Both the position numbers and the translations under genes were made by a program. 64,000 nt of DNA from Nitrospirota bacterium (lineage in GTDB: Bacteria > Nitrospirota > Thermodesulfovibrionia > Thermodesulfovibrionales > UBA9159), in contig CAVOUE010000003.1 in the NCBI GenBank assembly GCA_963699545.1, positions 32,001 through 96,000 of the forward strand, in the 5' to 3' direction. The notes under the pieces are model-generated. The model searched no databases, had not been told where the DNA came from, and was given only the letters and a program-made list of their open reading frames with translations. Position 1 is the first letter of the stretch; every line of letters begins with the position of its first letter. This document shows, piece by piece, positions 10,255 to 19,733 of the stretch.

Positions 10255-11349
10255 ATGAACTATACGATCGAACTCTTTCGCGGCATCGCAGCCTTCATGG
10301 TTCTGAACTCTCACTATGTCCGTTTCTTGAGCGAACAAAGGAATCTATTACATTTTCTATGGACTGGCGTGGACTTCTTTTTTGTTATCAGCGGGTTTGT
10401 TTTCGCCAGGACAATACTCTACAAAAATGCTCGTTTTATCCCGTATATCACAAGAAGGTTTTTCAGAATATACCCTCTCTATATCTGCTCACTCGCATTG
10501 TATTACTATATCACTCCTGGACATGCAGAAAAAACGACCTTCTTGCTCAAACATATCCTCTTTCTTCAGACCACCAGTTCACTTTCTGAAGCATTTTATT
10601 TCAACCCTGCCTACTGGAGTCTTCCGGTCGAGATGGAGTTCTATTTCTTTGTGCCACTCTTAGGCTGGTTATGCAAAAAATATGGAATTGTAATATTGTG
10701 GAGATCGCTTCCATTACTTCTGGGAATAAAGATCTTCCTGACGCTCAATAGCAATCCCCAGCCTGAGATGTTTAACGTATACAACAGCTTGAATATTCAT
10801 CTGCCCGGAAAGATTGTTGAATTTCTTGTCGGCATCTTCCTCTACAACGCCTTCGAACACTATTATGAAAGAAACCTTAATCCGGGGCAGCTGTTCGTCG
10901 TGTTCATGCTCGGTCTCATGATTATCCTTGGTCTCGGAATGGTCTTTGTAACCTACGGAGATGAGGGGATCAACAAGGTATTCCTTCTCAGAGCGATTCT
11001 TAACATAGCTTGTGCTGTCGGATATGGATTGATATTGTTCAGCTTCCTCTTTTTGTTCAAACAAAACCATCCAAAGATGCAATTAATAAGTACCTTCGCA
11101 GGAAACATAAGTTATGGTGTTTATCTTTTTCATAATTTGCTCCCTCTTGCACTCTTGAAGTTCAATGTCCCCGTGAGCGGGGTGTCCGCCTACTTCTCAT
11201 GCGTTATCGCTGTCATTATCCTTTCGCTTATTTTTCACTATTCCGTCGAGAACCCCTGTCGTCAGTTTGGAAGGTACTTATCAAAGAAGTATGAACTGCA
11301 TGCGGATAAGCAAAGTCGCGGGGACCACGATCATCCGCACCGGACTTAA
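10255..11349 (+). CDS. acyltransferase family 3 (OafA/YrhL-like) O-acyltransferase
   Basis: FRGIAAFMVLNSH, GVDFFFVISGF, RRFFRIYP, WSLPVEMEFY, GNISYGVYLFH and VENP motifs; polytopic membrane protein. Confidence 0.92.
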   Translation: MNYTIELFRGIAAFMVLNSHYVRFLSEQRNLLHFLWTGVDFFFVISGFVFARTILYKNARFIPYITRRFFRIYPLYICSLALYYYITPGHAEKTTFLLKHILFLQTTSSLSEAFYFNPAYWSLPVEMEFYFFVPLLGWLCKKYGIVILWRSLPLLLGIKIFLTLNSNPQPEMFNVYNSLNIHLPGKIVEFLVGIFLYNAFEHYYERNLNPGQLFVVFMLGLMIILGLGMVFVTYGDEGINKVFLLRAILNIACAVGYGLILFSFLFLFKQNHPKMQLISTFAGNISYGVYLFHNLLPLALLKFNVPVSGVSAYFSCVIAVIILSLIFHYSVENPCRQFGRYLSKKYELHADKQSRGDHDHPHRT

Positions 11350-11376
11350 CCCACGGTCGCTGCACCGAGCCCCCTC

Positions 11377-13045
11377 TTAGTAATCTATGGCGCTCCCGCC
11401 GCTCAATGCATCGACGAATTTCCTGAACCATCTGCCGTCTATAAAAAGATAGGTGTCTTCTACCACAACCTCCTTAGGAGGGATGGAGGTCTCTTTCCCC
11501 AGCACCATCATTTTCGGCACATCATAGTTGACCTTGATCTTTACCTCAGCCTCATTCCCCCTTATCTTCACCTCTTCGATGGAGTAACGGTGGTATACCA
11601 TCGGTCCTCTCTGGACGGCGTACACATCAAAGGGCATCTTCGACCTGTAGAACGGGTCATGTATCTCATACGTAACCTTCATGTCCTTTTTCAACATCCC
11701 CTTCCAGTAGGCATTCACCTTCTCTCTCAGTAATGCCTCTTTCTTCCTGAGACTGACACCCTTGTCCTTCCGGGATGCCATCTTCACCGCCTCATCCCAC
11801 TTCACGTGCATCATAATAAGATCAGCGAGATTTCTTTCATCGTTTCTGAACTGATGCCAGGCAAGATGAAAAGTCCCCTTTGTAAAGCCTATTCTCGGCC
11901 TGAGGGCAACAAACTTGCTGCTTGAAACAGCGATATCCCCGTCCATCCAGGTCTTTCCTCTGTCAGGAGAACAGCTTCATCCTTACCCCTGAACGTATGT
12001 CCCTTGAATCTTCCCATACCACTGCCACCTTGCGTCCGTCGACAGCCATCCTCGGAAGCCATGCCCTCGTGTTGTCGAATTCGCTCTTGTCGATCCTCTT
12101 TACGTCCCAGTTCATGCCCGCGTCCTCACTCACGGCAGCATAGATCCTCTGCTTGAACTTCCAGCGGTCCTCACCACTGAAAACAACGAGGACTCTGCCG
12201 TCTTCCCATTCGTGATGATCCATCCTCGCCACATCAAGGCCCTCAGCCTCTTTTACCCTGAAGGCCTTCCATAAGGCATCCTCCTTCACAAAGCCCTCAA
12301 GGGAAAATACCCCCTCGTGAGAGGTCTTGTAGAGCACGACCGGCTTTCCCTTTACGCTCCATCCCTCCATAAAAGAAACTCCTTCCACCTCTTTCAGCAC
12401 CACCGATCCCTTTTGTTCCAAAGAAACGGGGTCGACCGTCGTTGCCCGCACCTGTCCTTTATTTCCTTTCATGGCAAAATAGAAAAGGTGAAGCACGTCG
12501 TCCGTAACCACCACCACAGGATGGTAAAGAGATGACAATTCCTCCAACTGCAAGGGAACCCTTCTGAAGGTCTTCCCTTTGTCGGAAGAGAGATTCAGGA
12601 AGAGCTCAGGCTCTTTGCCGGAAGCATCGATGATGTAGAGATTCTCCTTGCTGTCTGCAAAAATTCTTACATTCGTCGCTTTTATCCCGGACGCCAATTC
12701 CGCGATGTCTCCGAAGGTCCTCCCATTGTCCCGGGACGCAGTGAACAGGACCTTGTTCCCTCCCGGACTCCTCTCTATCCATGCCATAAAGATGGAGGGC
12801 CCCGCAGCCCTGAGGGAAGGGCTCATTATCGTGACGCCCTTGCCTTTGCCTTCCCGCATCCTGAGAGGGTCCTTTCCTGTGCTCCACAGATACAGATCTC
12901 CGTCCTTGACATAGCAGACCCATTGAGAGGAAAGAAGCGGCTCGAGGGTGATATCGACAGAGCCCACCCTGACCTCAGCGGCCAGGGACCCTGCCTGAGA
13001 AAGCAAGAGAAACATGAGAAGAAGAAATCTCATTTGACGGTTCAT
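11377..13045 (-). CDS. exported BNR/Asp-box beta-propeller fused to a C-terminal small alpha/beta domain (frameshift at 11966-11972)
   Basis: Signal peptide and Asp-boxes SRDNGRTF, SSDKGKTF, SEDAGMNW. Removing one base in GGAGAAC joins ORFs 11963-13045 and 11377-11946 and creates a fourth box, SPDRGKTW. The C-terminal part is homologous to lipoprotein 26264-26720. Confidence 0.8.
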
Positions 13046-13232
13046 GGCACTCCCAAACAGTAAGATAATACCACAGGATCGCGTCTGTTATAAAGCCTGT
13101 TCAATGATCGCACTTCTTCCTGTCAGAAGGATGCGCACAGGTGAACAAGGGAAGAACAGTGCATCAAAAAAGGGGAAAAGGAAAATATCCTTCCGGAATC
13201 ATGCTGAGAGAATATGCATGAGGACGAAAGCC

Positions 13233-13283
13233 AAAAAAAAGAGAGGTACGGATTCCCTCTGTATCCAGAGAACCCGTACCTCT
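13233..13283 (-). terminator. rho-independent terminator after the 13316-14296 gene
   Basis: AGAGGTACGG...CTCTG-TATC-CAGAG...CCGTACCTCT stem-loop, followed on the minus strand by T8 (A run 13233-13240). Confidence 0.8.
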
Positions 13284-13315
13284 TAACGCCTTCAAAAATG
13301 CGCTTCTCTCCTCTG

Positions 13316-14296
13316 TTAATCAGCGTTACTCAGGAGGAATGCGTTGTTGTTTGATGCCCCTCCAGGAACAAAGGGTGCACTAAAGGTGAATTCGAGCTTG
13401 TAGATAAGGGCAGGGTCCCCACCAACAACGTCAATCCTCCCCCATCCTCCGGTGGTGGCGAGTGCCGCCTGTGAAGTGGAATCGAGCAGATCTATCAAAT
13501 CCACTCCGGCAGTACACCTCACCAATTGTGTTTTTGTGAAACTATAGACATCACCGGTCCTTCCCTCGATCCCGGCAGTACCATTTGACTGAAATAGCTG
13601 GATAGTAGAAGTGCGGTCGTTACTGAACAGATCAGTTCCAATAGGGGTCACAAAAAATCTCGTGGTCCAGCTGTTGAGATCAAAGAAAGTGAACCGCTTG
13701 CTCTCTCCGGCCCCGGGTACGATCACATTCACGACACTCCCGGCCGGGGTAGCGAAAAAGCTGAAATCTTCTCGAGTCGTATCATTGATCGCCCTGTACC
13801 CCCAGGCTGAGCCCGAGACGACATCCATGATGATCGCCTCACCCCTCAGGGAAATATTAGAACCGACATTCAGCCTCGTTCCGGCGGCGTTAGAATTGGT
13901 GACAAGCAGGTATGCCCTTAGAGGAGTTGTTCCGATGGTATTAAAGGCTCCCCCATAAGTGTCACCATCATTAAAGAGCGCAAGCCCGCCGTTAAATACC
14001 CCGGAGGCATCGAAGCTCACAAGGTCAGGCACAAAAGTAGGCATCGTAAAAGAATCATTTGTGCATCCGCCGGTGTAGTTGGGCAGATCCCCCGAAAACG
14101 TCGGTTTCCAGCTGTAGGTAAACTGGAGGTGATCGCTACCCGGACCCTGATTTGTGACTGAAACAATAGTCGTGACAGCGGGAGGATTCGCTGCGATCAC
14201 AGGAAAAAGGACTGTGTCTGCCATTGCCTGAGCAGCAACTCCAAGGAGCACCACAAGACAAAAACATAGTATGACTGCTTTACCTTTCCCTTTCAT
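13316..14296 (-). CDS. secreted surface protein, S-layer subunit candidate (paralog 1, 326 aa)
   Basis: ATG 14296 with GAAGGGG RBS; Sec signal ending AMA; mature region rich in T/S/G/A/N; colinear motifs shared with 28231-29502; own terminator. The S-layer function is an inference. Confidence 0.6.
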   Translation of the reverse strand: MKGKGKAVILCFCLVVLLGVAAQAMADTVLFPVIAANPPAVTTIVSVTNQGPGSDHLQFTYSWKPTFSGDLPNYTGGCTNDSFTMPTFVPDLVSFDASGVFNGGLALFNDGDTYGGAFNTIGTTPLRAYLLVTNSNAAGTRLNVGSNISLRGEAIIMDVVSGSAWGYRAINDTTREDFSFFATPAGSVVNVIVPGAGESKRFTFFDLNSWTTRFFVTPIGTDLFSNDRTSTIQLFQSNGTAGIEGRTGDVYSFTKTQLVRCTAGVDLIDLLDSTSQAALATTGGWGRIDVVGGDPALIYKLEFTFSAPFVPGGASNNNAFLLSNAD

Positions 14297-14519
14297 TTCG
14301 CACCCCTTCTCACTAAGGTTATTAAGACTGACTTCACATCCCACTCTTCAATCAAATCTTCTCACATTAATAACCACTTGTCAACTTCTCCACTTCCCAT
14401 TTTATACACATTGATTTACGAACCGCCCTATCTCCCTCCTGGGGCTCATCCGCATGGGAGATATCCGCTCTTGTGCGTTCCCCGATTGAGCGGGAAGAAG
14501 GTGAAACTCTGAGCGAGCC

Positions 14520-15239
14520 TTACGCAAACAGAGAAACAAGTCTTGCCGCCAGCGAGGAAGCAGAAGATCCTTTCCCCATGAGAATGAACCCCTCAGCATA
14601 TTTGATGTCCCTCGGCAACGTGGCGGTCCGGAACCTGTTGATCCCTTCGACCTTGGCGATATAATCGTTGTAGTATATCTCGGTAGAATAGGCCGCGATG
14701 GCCCTCTTCTTTTGCTCCATTTCTTCTGTTATGTCAACCAACACATTCGGGAAAAGCGCCATCAGCACCTCATAGAAAGCCAGAGGAATCTCACATTTCT
14801 TCCTCAATTCCCAAGCCAGTCTGAATGATGCCTTATGGTCCGGATGCGCTTCACAGGGAGAGGGCGCATAGAGTATCCCAGGTGAGAACGCCTCAACGAC
14901 GCGAAGCAATCTGTCAGCAGCATCGTGCTCCCTCAGAAAAAGTTCCCTGTCCGGATAGCCAAGGAATTGGTAGTCCGTAACGCCGAGTATCTCCATCGCC
15001 CTTTCAGCGGACTGTCTGCGCATCTTGACATATTCCTTGCCGAATCTTCCCTCGAAATCCCCCTTGTCGCCGTCTGTAAGGAAGACGACCTTTACCCTGC
15101 TTTTCGCTTTGACATGTCTGATAATAGAGCCCGCGCATCCCAGGGATTCGTCATCGGGATGGGGAGCGATGATCAGGGCATCCTCACGGGAAACATCCGT
15201 AACCGTGTAGGGGTAAATGTCAGATTCATTCTTATACAT
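14520..15239 (-). CDS. PIG-L/LmbE family N-deacetylase
   Basis: IAPHPDDESLG, R..E/S and HPDH motifs. Confidence 0.92.
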   Translation of the reverse strand: MYKNESDIYPYTVTDVSREDALIIAPHPDDESLGCAGSIIRHVKAKSRVKVVFLTDGDKGDFEGRFGKEYVKMRRQSAERAMEILGVTDYQFLGYPDRELFLREHDAADRLLRVVEAFSPGILYAPSPCEAHPDHKASFRLAWELRKKCEIPLAFYEVLMALFPNVLVDITEEMEQKKRAIAAYSTEIYYNDYIAKVEGINRFRTATLPRDIKYAEGFILMGKGSSASSLAARLVSLFA

Positions 15240-15247
15240 GGTATAAT
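15239..15247 (+). promoter_or_regulatory. extended -10 promoter candidate for the GNAT gene
   Basis: TG-G-TATAAT about 30 nt upstream of ATG 15279. Confidence 0.45.
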
Positions 15248-15278
15248 TTTAGCATATTTCATTCATCGCATTAACACT

Positions 15279-16226
15279 ATGCAGAGCGCGTCTTATCATA
15301 GGGTGAGAGATTATAAGAAAGGTGATGAGGAAGTCATTGCCGCCCTTTTCCGTGCGGTATTTGGAAAGGAGCTGTCAATAGAACAATGGAACTGGAAGTA
15401 TGCTGTACGCGGCAACGGGAACATTTATTCAAAAGTGGTCGAAGACGAAGTCGGGACGGTTATCGGTCACGCAGGAGCTATCCCCTTACAAGGCGTCATT
15501 GAGAACAGACCAGTTCAGTTTTTCCAGATAGCCGATGTGATGGTTCACCCGAAGGCACGTGGTTTCCTGGGAAAGAAAAATGTATTTGATGCTCTCATAA
15601 AGATATTGTTTGAGGATCTAAAAAGGGGGTTCCCCGACCTTTTCTGCTACGGCTTTCCGGGTGTACGTCCGTTCAGTCTCGGTAAAAGAGTGGGTGTCTA
15701 TGACGAGATCGAGCAGGCGGTTGATTGTACCCGCAATGTGAGACGCTCCCTCTTCACCACTTACCGGATAAAGAAGATGAGCTGGGATGATGCCCGATTG
15801 GACGACCTTTGGGTGAAGCGTTCAGACGATTTTACCCTGTCCCTTGTGAGGGATGGAGCTTATCTTCGCTGGAGGTATGGGACAAGCCCTTTTTTTTCGT
15901 ATCAACTCCTCGGATGCTTTCATTTTCGAAGGCTTACAGGATGGGCGGTAATCAGAGATACCGGGGAAGAAGTCCTTATCATCGACCTGCTTGCCGGAAA
16001 AGCCCGATACCGACATTTATTGAGAGCGCTCGAAAACTCTCTGGCCTCTGCAGGTAAAGAGACAATGCGCCTCTGGCTGCCCGCGAACCTGAGAAAGGGG
16101 CTCATCGGTTATGCAGAAGACAAGACGCAGGTGATCGTAACGAATATGATATGGAAACTCCCAGTCCGGACCTCCTTTGCAAAAGAACGTCTCTTCTATA
16201 CAATGGGCGACGCGGACATCTTTTGA
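15279..16226 (+). CDS. GNAT family N-acyltransferase (tandem GNAT folds)
   Basis: WNWKY..., DVMVHPKARG, YGFPG, VRDGAYLRWRY and terminal YTMGDADIF. The ORF-track start at 14925 overlaps PIG-L and is rejected. Confidence 0.8.
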   Translation: MQSASYHRVRDYKKGDEEVIAALFRAVFGKELSIEQWNWKYAVRGNGNIYSKVVEDEVGTVIGHAGAIPLQGVIENRPVQFFQIADVMVHPKARGFLGKKNVFDALIKILFEDLKRGFPDLFCYGFPGVRPFSLGKRVGVYDEIEQAVDCTRNVRRSLFTTYRIKKMSWDDARLDDLWVKRSDDFTLSLVRDGAYLRWRYGTSPFFSYQLLGCFHFRRLTGWAVIRDTGEEVLIIDLLAGKARYRHLLRALENSLASAGKETMRLWLPANLRKGLIGYAEDKTQVIVTNMIWKLPVRTSFAKERLFYTMGDADIF

Positions 16227-16376
16227 AACGGGCAGTGACTGCATGAGCCATCACGGTGTAGTGGGACTGCGTGGTGAGCCAGCAAAGAGAGAAAGAATGA
16301 TTCCTTGCTTAAGGACCCTGTGGCAAGACCGCCGGGTTCATCATATCTGCTTATGATCGGGCGGTGTTCCTGCGGG

Positions 16377-17544
16377 CTAACGAATTTCCCACCTGTTCTC
16401 AAAATAGCATACTCCAAGCTCTAACGTGTCCTTCACCACCTCGAAGGGGGGGATCACCTTCTCATGATATACCATGAGCCCTTTATCGTCGAAGACTCTC
16501 GCATGTGCATAATAGATACCACCCATAATGGGAGCATGGGGATACTCAATGATCACTTCTCTTCTCTTGCCGCATAAGGCAGGTTTGCCGGTGAGATGGG
16601 TTCCTGTGACATACACCCCTCTCCCGTTATCCATCTTGATCGAAAGTGTTATGTGATAGGGCAATGTATCGCTTACGCATTCCATGAGCAAACGAAACGT
16701 GATATCATCTCCTCTTCTCAGCGGAACTTTGTTCAGCAGCTCAAACTCGCCGATCACTGCAGGGCTGTCAGCGCCCGGAGAGGGGCTCTTGTCACTTCGC
16801 TTCTTTTCACGATCTTTATCGAGCTGGTAGAATTCATATGCAGGCACTACCTGCTCCGTATCCCCCATCATCTGCACCTTCCCGTCTTTTAGCCAGATTG
16901 CCTTATCGCACAAGATAGCCACCTGATAGGTACTGTGGGAGCAGAAGATTATCGTCATCCCTCTGCTCTTAAAGTCCGTGATACGGTCTATGCACTTTTT
17001 CTGGAAATGCATGTCACCGACGGAGAGCGCTTCGTCGACGATCAGGATGTCCGGTTCAAGGGATGAAATGAGAGAAAAGGCAAGTCTCATCTGCATACCC
17101 GTGGAATAGGTTTTGAGCGGTCTGTCAATAAACTCGCCCAGTTCTGAAAACTCGACAACCTCATCAAACTTTGACCGAACAAACGTCCTCGAGAAGCCGA
17201 GCATATCTCCGTAGAAAAAAATGTTATCCCTGCCGGTAAAATCGGGATGGAACCCTATCCCCAATTCCAAAAGAGCAAGAACTCTCCCCTCGACTCTTAT
17301 CTCTCCCGACGTAGGAGAACAGGGTGCCGGCAATAAGCTGAAGCAGGGTGCTCTTGCCGGCTCCGTTTTCGCCTATAATTCCGACCGTCTCGCCTTCGCG
17401 TATCAGAAAGCTCACGCTGTCCAGGGCGGCAAAATTAATATGCCGGTCACCTTTTACAAAAAATTCCTTAAACCGGTCGGCGCTCTTGCTGTAAAGCCTG
17501 TAGACCTTTGATAATCCGTTTACCCTCAGCACTTCCCTTGCCAT
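16377..17544 (-). CDS. wzt: polysaccharide ABC exporter ATPase with C-terminal Wzt_C-like domain (frameshift at 17314-17320)
   Basis: Walker [10 protein letters not shown] in ORF 17224-17544; [23 protein letters not shown] and SH in ORF 16377-17333. Removing one base gives GTLSPTSGEI. Confidence 0.9.
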
Positions 17545-17701
17545 TGCAGCGGTAACTCCTCACTTTCGGTAGACATTTTGGTTCGTTGCCTTGCCTATGG
17601 TTTCAACAACCGATAGAAGACAAAGGGCTCACCGTCCATCCTCTGCCCTATATAGTATATCCGTTCTTTCGCCCTTTTATCTGAAAATCACTGGTTATGC
17701 T

Positions 17702-18859
17702 TCACGTTCTCTCGATTATCCCGGAGAAAAAACGTTCGTATCTTTCCGCCATGGTGTTCACAGAGAACTCCTTCGCCCTCTCAAGGCCCTTCTCCGTTAT
17801 GCGCGCCCTCAGCGTGCTGTCATGCAAGAGGGTGCCGATCGCTTTGGCTAACCCCTCCTTGTCATCCATGGGCACCAGAAGGCCGTTTTTCCCGTGCGTG
17901 ATTATATCTCTCGGCCCGTAAGGACAGTCGGCCGCTATGACAGGGACACCGCACGCCATCGCTTCTATGATGACGTTGGCAAATCCTTCAAAAAGACAGG
18001 TGTGCACAAACAGATCACTTGCTGCCATGAATTTATACGGGTTCGTCTGATATCCTACAAAAAGAACGTCTTCCCCGATCCCGAGATCCTGGGCGAGCCG
18101 CAGGAGATTCTCTCTCTGGGCACCATCCCCTATGACTATGAGCTTCAGCGCATCATGCGTCCTGGCTTCAGAAAAGGCATGGAGCAAAAGGGGTAAATTT
18201 TTTTCGTGCTCGAGTCTTCCCGCAGTGGCAACGATGCGAAACCCGGGGGGGATGTCCAACGACACCCCTTCCTTCGCCTTCATCGCAATATCACCAGGAT
18301 CGACACTGTTCGGAATCACCGCAATATCCATTGGTGCAGCGCGGAAATGTCTTGTGCATTCTTCTTTCATCCCTGCGGAGGCAACTACCAGACCATCGGC
18401 ATGTTTGCAGAAAAATCCGAAGATTCGCTTCAGATATGCTTTTCTGAACACGTTGTGTTCGAAATGCCGTAAGTATTCAATGGACGGCCCCCTCGGACTG
18501 GCCACTACCTTCACATTCAGATTGTGGAATTGCTTTGCAAACACCAAAAGAGCGGCAGGGTAATGCATCATCCCGAAGGCGAGATCAGGTCTTTTCTCCT
18601 TCAGCAAGGCCGCCACCCTGTTCACGTCATGCACAAACCTCCCGATGGTATCAAACCACACGCCCACTCCCAACTCCTCGATCGCGAGAAACTCCTCCAT
18701 GTCCAGGTGCCGGAAATATTGAAACACCTCTCTGGATGTAACAAGACATATCCTGAACCTGCTCCTGTCCACTTCCTGCAAAAGGTTCAGAGAAGTCCGT
18801 TCGGCGCCTCCGAAGGTAAATGTCGGCAATAAATATAAGATCGTATATCTTTGCTTCAC
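17702..18859 (-). CDS. glycosyltransferase family 4
   Basis: GGAER, AGRLEHEKN and EGFANVIIEAMACG (EX7E) motifs. Confidence 0.92.
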   Translation of the reverse strand: MKQRYTILYLLPTFTFGGAERTSLNLLQEVDRSRFRICLVTSREVFQYFRHLDMEEFLAIEELGVGVWFDTIGRFVHDVNRVAALLKEKRPDLAFGMMHYPAALLVFAKQFHNLNVKVVASPRGPSIEYLRHFEHNVFRKAYLKRIFGFFCKHADGLVVASAGMKEECTRHFRAAPMDIAVIPNSVDPGDIAMKAKEGVSLDIPPGFRIVATAGRLEHEKNLPLLLHAFSEARTHDALKLIVIGDGAQRENLLRLAQDLGIGEDVLFVGYQTNPYKFMAASDLFVHTCLFEGFANVIIEAMACGVPVIAADCPYGPRDIITHGKNGLLVPMDDKEGLAKAIGTLLHDSTLRARITEKGLERAKEFSVNTMAERYERFFSGIIERT

Positions 18860-18886
18860 ACCGGATCCCGGGCCTGGCTGATTGAC

Positions 18887-19669
18887 CTACAGTACGTCGG
18901 CGAATCCTTTCTTTAATTTCCTGAACACGTAAATCCCCCCGAACAATGCTGCCGCCGTCACGATAAAGAGATAGATCATGCTCCCCGTTTCAGGAGGCTT
19001 GTTATAAAGAATTGTGCTGTGATACGCCTCCGTCAGGGCAGTCACAGGACTCAACCGAATGAGGGTCGCAAACCTTTCAGGTACTGCTGTCATCGGATAC
19101 AGGATGGTAGACATGTAAAAGATTATCTGAAAGACCACTCCCAAAACCTGAAGGATGTCTCTGAGATAAACAGAGAGCGAAGCTAACAAGAGGGTCAACC
19201 CCGAGGTCAATAACACCTGAAGCGACAGCAGGACCACAATGAAAAATATCTGGAGGACAGAGATCTCTCCCTTCCACACGAAGAAGACGAGAAGAAAGAC
19301 GATGATGCCGACTCCGTGATGAATGAACGAGGACACCACGGAGGACAGAGGAAACAGCTCTGAGGGAAACATCAGTTTCTTGATGATATGTCTCCGCTCG
19401 ATGATCGAAGAGGCCCCCCTTTGCACGCCCTCCTGAAAGGCAAACCACGGGAGAAGTCCCGAGAGGAGAAAGGCGATAAAGGGAACGTCACCCTCTATCC
19501 TGATCTTCATAATGTGGGAAAACACGAACCAATAAAGGGCAATGAACATCAGTGGTTGGAGGAATGTCCAGAAGATTCCCATTACGGAACCCGCGTACCT
19601 CTCGGTGATGTCCCGTGAGAGCAGGGGGGGGAGAAGCCTGAAAAGTTTCTTGAACTTAGCGATCACCAT
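18887..19669 (-). CDS. wzm: polysaccharide ABC-2 exporter permease
   Basis: RDITERYAGSVMGIFWTFLQPL, RDILQV and terminal FADVL; six TM segments; start placed at ATG 19669. Confidence 0.9.
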   Translation of the reverse strand: MVIAKFKKLFRLLPPLLSRDITERYAGSVMGIFWTFLQPLMFIALYWFVFSHIMKIRIEGDVPFIAFLLSGLLPWFAFQEGVQRGASSIIERRHIIKKLMFPSELFPLSSVVSSFIHHGVGIIVFLLVFFVWKGEISVLQIFFIVVLLSLQVLLTSGLTLLLASLSVYLRDILQVLGVVFQIIFYMSTILYPMTAVPERFATLIRLSPVTALTEAYHSTILYNKPPETGSMIYLFIVTAAALFGGIYVFRKLKKGFADVL

Positions 19670-19733
19670 CACACCCTGCTTATTGTGTATCCGCAAACTT
19701 CTAAGCCGGCGGGTAACTTCTTTCTCGTGCTCA

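Noticed and set aside
14925-15278. N-terminal extension of the GNAT ORF in the ORF track
   Set aside because: It overlaps the PIG-L gene on the opposite strand; ATG 15279 behind an extended -10 is more plausible.
19624-19631. G8 tract near the 5' end of wzm as a phase-variation switch
   Set aside because: Currently in frame, and similar runs occur in housekeeping purL (G9 at 8564-8572). No support without read-level length variation.
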